64,000 nt of DNA from Oopsacas minuta. Its lineage: Eukaryota > Animalia > Porifera. Within the stretch, counting starts at the first letter, position 1. Every line of letters starts with the position of its first letter. The translations under genes were made by a program, and so were the position numbers. The DNA lies in assembly GCA_024704765.1 (NCBI GenBank), contig JAKMXF010000334.1:218664-282663 (forward strand), written 5' to 3'. Below the pieces are notes generated by a model. It saw nothing but the letters and a program-made list of their open reading frames with translations, was not told the DNA's origin and searched no databases. Below, one piece after another: positions 21,617 through 33,600 of this stretch.

Positions 21617-24600
21617 ATGGATAGAGTGAAATCTTACTTCACATCGCTATTCAAGAGTAAAAGTACAGACACAGCTGATCCGTTTAACATATTAGTTTTG
21701 TGTAATGAGTGTCTAAGTCCTGTTCATTCACCTGACCACTACCATAGATGTGTTGAATGTCTTGAAGTTTATGATCTTTGTAATATTTGTATGACCCAAG
21801 GTAAAGGAAGCCAACACACAGAAATCCATGGCAAAGAACATTACTTCTACTCTGAAAACAGACAATTAAATGATATACTCCAGGGTCTTAGTCAGACCAA
21901 ATCTATAGAATCGCTATTCTTCTCTGCTTTTAAGGAATTTTCTACTAAACCTGCATTTGGTAGCTATGATGTTCAGAAAAAAAAGTTCGTTTATATAACA
22001 TTTGGAGAAGTGTTCAAAGAGATTGAGAGGTTCGCTTCTGGATTGTTAGCAATGGGAATCGTACGATGCAATTCTAAAGGCATTATTCCACATCAAATAT
22101 TCGCTATTTGTTCAATTTCTCGAGCAGAATTTTTCATAGCAGACGTGGCATTAATGTTCTTAGGTATAACATCTGCTCCTATTACAGCTTCTGATGATAT
22201 AATTAATTTCAGAGCTATTCTCTTTCAGACAGAATCTGAGACTATTATATGTTCTAAACAAGTGCTATCTAAGGCGAGTAATCTTACTGGAGGTTTATAG
22301 CTTTATATAAAGCGCGAATACAATCGGATTCGAATATGAATTTTCCGTAAAACAAATACGTATCTACTTTTTCAAAAATTTGTAAAATACAGTAAAGTTA
22401 CAGAACAGTACGAGTGTTGGAGTAAGCATCGCGATGTAGCATCGAGTAATGAGCACAATTTAACACTTAATAACTGTCAATTTGCTACCTATTCACCTGG
22501 AACTTGTTGAGTACCTTCATTTTGTTTGGGGTTTTCTCATATAAATAATCTATCTGTATCAAACCTAATCATGCCACAATGACATTGCAAACTTTGTAAT
22601 GCGAAATCTCCATAAAGGAATACAGAGTTATTAAGTGTTTAAGTTGTGCTTATTGCTCGCTGCTAACACCACGCTCATCAGAACAGTAGACTCTGCTTCA
22701 TATAGCCATGTATGACTACCCTATTGTCCGAATACAGATTGGCCTAGAGCAGCCAGATATAATCTTAACTGACTAAGAAATATTTATCTCATATTAATGA
22801 GAAACATTGTGCACATGCACTTTTCTGCCATGCAGGTTTAGCCATATCATAACTGTCTTTTTAATTGATAGGTTTTGACAGCTGTCAGTAATGAGAATGG
22901 AGGGAGTAAAGTCAGATATGTTATTTGTATGGATGAGACCGGAGATACAGTATTATCTCATAAGTCTGTAAATCTGTTGGGTTGGAAACAAGTATGTGAT
23001 GATGGAGAACAGCACTTAGTGGACATGGATTCATTCAAAAGTCAGTTGAATAAGAAAATTTCTGTATATATTCTGATGCATTCGAGTCTAGATAATTTTT
23101 CATTATACATCAGTGATCAGTAAAGACACCGAAATTTAACAAACATCCTTAAAATCCTTCAGAAATTTCATTATTGGCACATTTGAGGCCATTTTTCTAG
23201 AAAGAATTAGATTTGGAAAGTCAAACATTTCTGACCGCGCTCTATATGCGAACATTTATTGCCAAAGATTTTATAGAAAACCAATGGTATAGGGGGATAG
23301 GGAATTGTCAGGGCTATTGTATTAGCCTGTAGCTCCAAAATATAATGAGTTATGACAGTTTAAAGTTAGAGGATAGTGGAAAATTTGCTCATGTCAACTT
23401 GAAACGGTCATAACTCCGTCAATTTTGGAGCTCCATAGTAGGTTCATTCTCTAGTTGCTTTCCCAATCAAAACTATCGTTTTTCACTAATAAATATCAGC
23501 AAATAGTGCGAGATCAGTATTTTTTTAAATCAAAAAATGTTTGGCATTTGGATTAAAATCCGCCAATAATGAAAATTTTGACTGATTTTAAGGATACCTG
23601 TCAAAGTTCGGTGATTTGCTGGTGCATACGTATCGAATTTTATGGAATTGAATATTTTCCTATGGAAAACGATTAAGCCTGTATCCATTCATTTAATGAT
23701 ACAAGGATCATTCATGACTTTCAACTTTATCATTTGTTTAGCATCTAATGATAGTATTTTCACTTTGATATATACAAGTGGTACTACTGGTACCCCTAAG
23801 GGTTGCATATTCACCAGACAGTCATACTATGAATTGATAAAAGGAACTCTGTCAATATCTTCTATCTGTGAGGTATGGTTAGCTTTTCATCCTCCTTCTC
23901 ACCAAATGGAGAGGAGATCTGTTCTTTGTAACATGTGTTCTGGAATGAGAGTAGCGTTTTACAGGTAAATTTAATGTCCTCTCTGTTAGTACGCTCGATC
24001 CTGCGAAATGTAACTGTCCAGATAGATATTAAAATCGGTATATAACTAACATAAGGTATATACAGGATAGCTTTTAATATAATTTTGGATACTGAGTTTC
24101 CTATATTATACTAAGCACAAGAATTCTAGGCATACCATACTAATATTCGTATTGTTTATCAGAATTATACGTATTATTCACTTAATTCTTATGCCGTAGA
24201 ACCACTATAATTAGGGGAGGTCGGGGCGGCGAATCTCCTGGTAACCCTCCATCTTACCTTTATAATTTCGAGTGCAAATGTCTTACCAGAGATTTTTGTA
24301 GTCAATTTGTGTTACCACTTCCTCCAACGATTGTCTTTAAATGAATTTGATTATTATAATATGCCCTAAGGTCGTTGGTTGAATTGAAAATTTGTAATAA
24401 TTTTTCTTCTGAGAAACACAACATTTCAATTCGTCATAGCGAAAATATGTGGTTTTTTGCAGGTTTAGCACAAAAATTGATTATTCAAGAAAACTGATCG
24501 TAGATTTCCCCACTTATAGAGGTAAATTTCATCTAAGCAGGTGATCTAGTGCATCTGACGGGTCGTTTGCTATCTTGGATGCTCTGAAGGCTCTTGACTG

Positions 24601-27600
24601 ATATGTGTTTTTGCACATCTCCCGCGGAGGGTGGTAGGACTGGTTGGCGGGATTGCTGTGTTATGGGCATTGGCGTAGCTGCAACAGGATTTTTGAGGGG
24701 GGCGCAGTCTCTAAAATATATCCAGTTTCCCACCATCCCTTGGTAAAATCATATTCAATAATTTTTGGAGGGGTCTACCGAGAAATTTGGGGGGTCAGGT
24801 CCCCCAGAGGTCCCCGGCGCTACACCATGGTCGTTACAGGTTTGGCAGTTGTGGTTTTTGAATGTGTCGAGTAGGAGGGAAGACGGAAGGGCACCTAACC
24901 CACCTTCCCTAAATGAGAAGGAGTTACTTCTTTTAGTAGTTCCTGATTCCTGGATGGTGACTCGTCAGACCTCCATATTGATTTGGTGGTGTGTTGGGAG
25001 TGTTGTCAGTTTCTGCGTTGCATTGAGCGGTCCTTTCTTTGGGCATGTTTTATTAGAGGTTGAACTGCCGAAGTGCTTCCTTTCGTTCTTTGCTGTCCTG
25101 TCCCTTCCGCATTTAGCACAGATTGCAATTGCTTTGCAGACAGAAACTAGCTGAGAGTAGATGTTTGTTTGTTGATTTGTTTCCTTAATGCTAGTGGGAG
25201 TGTTTTTGAGTGCTCTTCTAGTGATTTAAACCGGGGTGGAATTGAAGTGTGTCTGTGTACTTTTTTCTGTTGTTGTTAGAATGGCGTTTGTAGTCAGATA
25301 TTTGGCACAGGGATATTGGGTTGGGACAATAAGCTGCAAGATGAGGATTTTCTTGGGTTTTGCAGCTATTAGCAGTCGTTCACTTACTGATGCAGCATAG
25401 CTGTGTAGTTTTGGTCCCGTTTTCCTCTCTATGGGGCTAAATAATTCGCTATTGCGGATTTCTGTTTGTAGTAGGGTTGTGAGAAAGTTTCGGGCTATGG
25501 TATTTGTGTCTAAAGTGGAGGGCCTGCATTAGTGTTCTGTACGTGTGTGAGGGGAATTCTGGGAGGTTTAGTAGTGGTAGATAATTCTTTTGTAAAGTTG
25601 TTTTATTTTTGTTCCTTATTGTTCTTGGCTTTTGTCACATACTGTATTCGTCGGGATGTCCAGTTCTAATTGTTCTAGTGTCGCGGCTGCAAGCAGCCTG
25701 ATATAATATGTTTGAATTGCATGCGGTACAGAACATACTAAATTATCAATTGCTTAGGAGATTGAGAGTTTCTGTGGAAATGTAAGCTTGTTTGGTTGTG
25801 GGTGTTCCAAGTAGAAGTATTCGTCACTGTTTAGGATCTTGTATGCGTATGGAGGGCAGGTACGAGGGAGGTTAGTAAGGTAGCTACCATTGGTGGTTGC
25901 TGGGTCTGCTTGTGGGGTGGAGTTTGCAGGTGGTGTTGTAGGGGTGGCTATTGGTGGATCGTTTGGAGGTTTAGAGCTTGTAGGTTGTGAGGGTACATCA
26001 GGTCCTTGTGTCCCAGTCGTTATGCTGAAGTTTGATATATTGGGAAACTCGTCGAAGAATTTAGAAAGCCGTGGCGATCTGTTAATTGGCGAGCCCGTTC
26101 TTGAGTTTGAAGGCTCGTTGGGTGTAGGGACATTTAGCAATGATCTCCTGATTTGTTCACTGGTGAGGTATTGTGCAGCTTTGGAGATCTGTAGTTTGCA
26201 GCTCCACTGGGAAGAATACTATGTCGTTTTCTTCTCGGGACCTGAAACTATTATACATACAGGGACATTTACTATATCAGAACGGCAATAATGTCTATAC
26301 CCGACGGAATTCTGTTCGAAGAAATATGTGTGTTTCAGTTGGAAACAATTCGAAAACACTGCCTTAGGGAATCTCCCTATAGATACTGCACTAAAATGGA
26401 GTTTAGCATATAGATGATAAATACTTATTTGAAAGGATAATTATATATTTCTTAGAGGAGACATGGGCTGTATCATGGAGGACATCTCTCTAGTAAGACC
26501 AACTTTGTTGGCCTGTACCCCCAGATTCTGGTCCAGTCTATATCAACATTACAGAATAATGGTGGATAAAGAGTACAGTTCTATATGTGAATCTTCTCTA
26601 CAAAACTCAGAGAATGATATAGATGGAGTAAGACTAGCACTAGGAGATGTTCTGAATTCTGAAAATATTCCTATTCATGAAGAGGTGATATATTATTTTG
26701 CTATTTAGTCATACTACCTTATTCGATCTAATTCAGGCGCCATTCTAGGTTAAGCGCCGTCTAGAACCAATCATATTTATTTGGTTCAAAGCAGTGGCGG
26801 ATTCTTTAAAAAATTCTGGGGAGCAAAATGGAACTTATCAGAGCTAGTTTTGGATTTCATTATAGAAGACTACACAGTACGCCTACTAGATACATATAGC
26901 CTCACTTAAAGAAGTTAATTATGACCTCCAAAACCATCGCTGTCAGCACTGCAACAGTCAAGAGAAGCTTTAGTGCTATGAATAGAATATTAAGTTGGGC
27001 TAGATTTAGCCTTGATAGCACTAGAGCAAGTGATTTGATGACAATTTCCTTGAGTAGAGAAATTGTGAAAGCAATCAATTTAGATAATGTGTTGGAAAGG
27101 TGGATGATGTAAAAGAGGCGCGTGATTCCATTCTAGCTAATACGCCTTCTTTCTTGTAGAATTTCCAAAAAATTATATTCTTTCTTGTTTACTAATAAAT
27201 TTCAGTTATTCTAATGTTGAAAACTGGGGGGGGGGGGCGATTGCCCCCTTGCCCCCCCGAAGAATCCGCTGTTGGTAAAAATATCCAGCCAACAGACTGG
27301 TAGTGCAGCTCAGTATTGTGTTTTTTGTTCTTTTCAAGTGGGCACCCCCCCCCTTGATACACCGTGTAAATTCCGAAATGCACCAGATCCCGACTGATTT
27401 TAGGCTCCTATATCTGATATATATTTCAGGATATTCAATATTATTCGTCCCCTAATGAACTTCATTTTCTATCCTCAAATCTTGTGGTTAAAACTCTAAA
27501 TAAATAAATAAATAACCCCCTGTCTAACATTTGAAAAGAAATCTCTTAGCATGATTTTGAATAAAATGCAAAATGGTATGAAATATGCAGTTTAGAAGAC

Positions 27601-30600
27601 AATCATATCCGAGGAGCAAATCTCTGACCCAAAATGTATTTGTGAACTATTTGAATTAGACTGCTAGATTTCGCACGGACGTTCTGACGTCGTACATCGT
27701 CCATGCCATTAGGGCATCTCCCTATAAGAGCTGCACTAAAAACGGAGCCTGAATTAGAGCGATTACGGAAGTGCTTATATGAAATTTATTTCGATTTTCG
27801 AAATTAGCAACTCCATTCTGGTATGAATATGTGATTAGGTGTAATAGAGATGAATTCTTAATCATTAGAACATCCTTTTTTTAGCAAACTTTACCTGAAA
27901 TTCAAACTCCACCATCTAATAATGTAGAGCTGTCTAATCAACTACGAGATATAGAAAATAAAGTAATAGAACAGTTTTCAGGAATTCTAGGAGGGAGATT
28001 ACGTATCATCGTTACAGGAGGAGCTCCTACTTCTCCAGAAGTTTTCAAGTTTCTAAAAAGATGCTTCGACTGCTTTGTAAAGGAGAGTTATGGCGCTACT
28101 GAAGTAGGAGCTATAGCGTTAGGAGAGTTTGTGTCTCCAGGTAACAAACTCTAAAATAGTTTCAGTAATGATAAAAGAGTCATATAATAATAATAATGAA
28201 TGTAATTATCAATTCCCAGAGCAGGTATAGTTTGAAAATCGTTCAAATTGGCTATGATGACAAATCAAATTCAATACTGCTTGCACAACATTCGTGATTA
28301 TGTACATGAGGCTTAATTCTAATGCATATGGAACAGTACCGTTCTGATTAGCGAGGGTGTACTGTAATACAGACAATTTCTATAAATCTGATTGTTTTCG
28401 TAGGTGCAGAAGTGAAACTAGTTGATGTTCCTGAGATGGGATATCTGGGGAGTGACGATCCTCCCCGAGGAGAGATTTGTGTCCGCACAACTAACATGGT
28501 TAAGGGATACTACAAAAATGAGAAAGAGACTGAAGAAAGATTCGTAGACGGTTTCTTCCGTACAGGAGATATCGGAATTATTGAGAAAAGTGGGAAAATT
28601 AAAATTATTGATAGAAAGAAGAATCTATTCAAACTTTCACAAGGTATTAACTGTTTATATAGTAATGTAATTGGATTCAATTTATTTGTGAACTTCATAC
28701 ACTATACAACACTGATTCAAGACATACTATGGGATCATATGTTATTAGGACATGTACGTAAAGTAAATTTGATTGTTTCTCATCCATGATTTCTAGCAGA
28801 CTGAAAACTGCGTTTTATTTTTAGCTACGAGCGTACTTCGCCTGCTAGTACTACGCGGTTGCGAACGCTTCGTGTCCACACTCAGGCCTATGGCCCTCGG
28901 GTATATAAACTCATAATCTTAACCGTAGCAAACATGATACTGCCATAATCTATAAATCTGCTTACTTTATATCCCCAAAAGTGAACAAATATTTATGAAA
29001 TGTTGTATACAATATCATATTAGGGCTCAATATATTCGATTATCTCAGTCGTTGAAAGTATGATTCTAACTCAATTTTGAAATTTGCTTACTTTATATTC
29101 ATAAAAATAACAATAAATTTAAATATGATTAATCCAAAAGTGCAAAAATCGGATTTAGTATGTTAGATATATTTAGTGAAGTTTTATTGAATTCTATTTT
29201 AACTTCCTTGATAAACACGAAAAATACATAGTTATGCGACAATTTCAAAATTGCATACCGTAAATCCTTTCCTTGACAACGGACAAACTAACAAACAAAC
29301 AACAATTAAGATTTAATAATATAGAATTTGTAAGGATCCTCGGATATAGAGTAATTGGCAATTTGTAGGTAAATATCAGTAGTCCACCCGATAGATATTA
29401 TTCAAGTAGCTTGGCGCATTTTCTTGCATTGGTATCTAATTATTGAATCGTACTTTGATGTTCATCATCTACATTCTTCAAATGTAAGGTATAAATAGGT
29501 TACTTAGCATCTTTAATCTTTGTAGGAGAGTTCGTTTCACCTGAGCGTATTGAAGGAATATTTTGCTCTAACTCTAACTATATTCAACAGATGTTTGTAT
29601 ACGGGGAATCCTTATGGAATAATCCTGTGTGTGTGGTAGTACCCAATAGAGAATACGTCATTAATTCAGCACTTGCTATGTCTCATCAAGAGTTATCATA
29701 TTCCCAGCTGTGTACTACTACTGGATTATTAGACAATATACTCATGCAAGAGGTAAATGTACTATATTCTTCCAATATTATACATGTAAACTTTACTGTA
29801 TTCTATTATTTGCAATCCATATATCAACAAATGATACAGTTGTAGCCTCCACAAACGTTTCCACGTTTCTTCCAAATTTGGTGTTTATGGAGATTCATCT
29901 GTATGTGCATGGGACTATAGGATTCCCTCTACGTATATTGTGGAAAATTTGTGGCTCAGATTGACATCAAAAGGCAGTGGAGATATCTAATTACTGTATC
30001 CGCGATAAAGTAATTAGATATGTCCATGACCGTTCATTATTCGCGTTTGTAAAATATTTTCAGAATTGCTTGCTACGTTAACATTATTTCTAGATAAGAC
30101 AAGTCTATTCTAAATCAGGCCTATCCCCCTGGGAGGTACCAGTTGCAGTGTTAGTAGAAGAAAACGAGTTTACAGCTACCAACAATCTCCTCACAGCTAC
30201 CTTCAAGCACTGTAGGCCTAGACTCAGTATCAAATACCATGACAAGCTATCAGAACTACACACAGCAGCTGAAGCAAAATTATGTGCACTTACACAGAAC
30301 AAAATGTTAGATGTTGTATCACAGGTGTGTTCAAATTGATAGATACAGGCTGTAGGTTGCGTACACGATATTCATTAGATTAGTTTTAAGTGCCGCTATT
30401 AATGCAAAATTAAACTTTCGGTTAATATGTACATTTCTCAGAAATGGATCACCAATTTTGTACAAATTATATAGGAAATATTCCGATAAGACATACTTCG
30501 GTTAATACGTTATACGTCTAGGTTAATCTCGAAATAGGAGATTTTGACATTTTTGGACTTGTACATATCGCATTATTATCTCAAGTATTATACAATTAGC

Positions 30601-33600
30601 TGATATTTCTCATTAACAATTCGAGAACTTCTGTTTTCATGCAAAATGTAAATTACAGAAATCAGCCCAATAGAATTACGTCACCAAAAATAGTAGATTG
30701 AACGTATAATACGTATTAAACAACTTAGCTATTTTTTGTCTCTCAAAGAATACATCTTATCCGAATTCTAATAATAACAAATTTTTCGAAATTCTATCTG
30801 AGAGCGAAGAGCATCTATGTGAGCGGCGGAGCTAGGCCCAGGTATACTCAGGCCTGGGTAATCATTAAACTCTAGCTACACCCTGATCTATGTAATACAA
30901 ATATATCAGTATAATTCAAATATCTATTCAAACTCTTTTCACAACTAACATCATTGATGACTTAAAGTACAATGGAACCTCACTTAACAGCAGGTTGCCG
31001 TGGGGGTGGGATGGGAAATGATTCGATTCCTTACGATGGGAAATCCTATTGAAGTTCATGCGTGGAAATCCCATATGGGAATCGCATGGAATTCCCAGAT
31101 CCCCACAAGTTTCTCATGGGAATTCCTACCTATACAAGTAAGGGATGGTAAACCTATATTAGTCAAGCATATACCCCCCTGACCATAGGGAGTTTCGCGC
31201 CCCCATGATGGCACGTATTTATTTAATTAATTAATTGTACACTCAGGATTGATAAGAGAAACTGAAAGAACCCCAGGACTGATTTGGCATACAGGTCAAT
31301 CCTAGTGTTCTACCTTTTACTTTTGTTTGTTTGAGAAAAGTATGATATAATCTGTTGGAATTTCACTTGTAGGAATAATAATATTTTTGTCAAAAGAATT
31401 AAAACCCAAAATCCGGACAGCGATTGAACCCAATACTCGTAAAATTTATAATTCTTCATTTTCCAGGTGTTGTCTTTGGATTCTTCCCCAATAAATCTAG
31501 ACAAATCATTCTCTCAGCTAGGTGGAGATTCTCTATCTGCAGTTACTTTAATGATGCAAATCAAGAGTGAATTGAATGTTGAGATTCCTATCAAAGAATT
31601 GTTGCAGTGCTCATTAACCCAATTGGAAGAGTATGTTAATATGCACTCACAAGCCGGAACGAGACAACCATACAATGATAGTGAGTGTATGCGTGTTTAA
31701 ACCTCAACATTACTCATGTATCCTATAGAGGTTTATTTGAACCCCCAAATACTCCTTTATTAACACATTTGATCATTAATGGTTTATTACTAGAGTATAT
31801 ATCAGTTAGGCATAGGGTCATATATTATATATACACATTTAGTTTTGGTAAGGGGATCAGGGAGAAAGTTACTAAGCAGAGTACTCGAAATATTTTAATA
31901 ACCAGACCCATTCTCCACCCATGTCACATGCATCCAACTGTGCTCAAAACAAAATGTGTGTTGTGCATAGTAGACTACGGTTTGTGCTTGTATTTGATTT
32001 CATTTATATGAATTATAGACATTGAGGAACACGTTATGATAGCTCTGTTATAGATTCTTCGAAGAAATCCATTGACAATTCTCTACAGGTTGATTTCAAA
32101 GCAGAGACTCGACTAGACCCTGCTCTATTCATCAGTGGGGGTAACTATACTCCTGCATGGAGATTGACGAGATCTGATTGTATGCACAATTCTAAGATTG
32201 TTTGCTTCCTAACTGGAGCGAGTGGCTTCCTAGGAAGATACATTTTAGCAGACATCCTTCACCTCACTCAATGGCAGGTTAGTACCACCCGAACGAACAC
32301 ACATACAGCGTCGTACACTCCCTAAAGAAGCTGAACTAATGATTGTAATAAATAGCTTGCCATATCATGTTGATTTTGTCAATCGACATAATTGTTTCAC
32401 GTGTGAACACGCACTCGCCCAAAATGGCCCTAGTTGCGCCTCTGTCATTTCGTTTTGCATTTTTGTAGTTTTTTAGGCATATTTATCATGAATGAATGTA
32501 TTTATGTAAATTCATTTTGATTTATCCAAATCCAAGGCTAACTAGAAATACCATGGTGAGGAGGCATGCAGTGTTCCCTCTAAGGAATCCGGGGCGGTAT
32601 CTTAGAGAATTTTCTCATTTTAAGACCTTACCTCCCATAATGATCCTCGCTTTCGAAATGTTTGAGCATTAGGATATTTTGTTGAATTTCTCACTTTATT
32701 GACTGTATCCCGAAAATTTGAGGGAAGTTTTGAAAGAGAGAAAAATGTTGCCTCCTATTTTAACACATTTTTATTTCAGTATTGTAAGGTTTCATACTGT
32801 AGTAATTTGCCTTCTTTACATTTCGCAAAATGTTATACCGCATAATTGTGTGATTGAATTAATTTGTTCATACGAGCCATTGGTTTGGTAGCTTCGCGAT
32901 GGATCACTCCACAGCCATGCAGTTTCGCTGATTCCAAATTTCATTCTTTAAAAATTTTGATAACTACGTATATATTCAGATCTCAAAGGTCCTGATATTG
33001 CATGAAGTATTTATGAAATTTATTATTACAGTAGAAACTCCATGATCCGTCACATAATAGGAAAAGTGTGTAAATCTGACGATCAGATTATAGAGGTCAA
33101 TTTACATGAGATTACAGCAATTTGCTTGAAGATCAATGTCGGATTTATTATAGAGGTGTCCTAGGTTATCCAGGTGTCGGATTCGAGTTTCCACTGTAAT
33201 AATAAATTTCATGAATACTTCATGCAATATCAGGACCTTTGAGATATGAATATATACGTAGTTATCAAAATTTGTTGATAACTACTTGTATATTCATGAA
33301 ATCAACTAAACTGCATGGCTGTCGAGTTTCATCGCGAAACTACCAAGCCAATGGCTCATAAGACTAAAATTAATTCAATTACACAACTATGAGGTATTAC
33401 CAGATATTCAGCGGTCTAGTCTGGACCACGGCTCTGACGAGACCTGACCTGAGAAAAAGCGGACTGGACCCAGGGACGTCGCCACGGGGGGTATAGGGGT
33501 AATGCCCCCCCCTGGCAAAATCTCGTGTCCCGGAGCATGCCCCCCCTGGTAAACTCTTGCCCGGAGAAATATGGTACCAAACCATATTTGTACAATTTCA

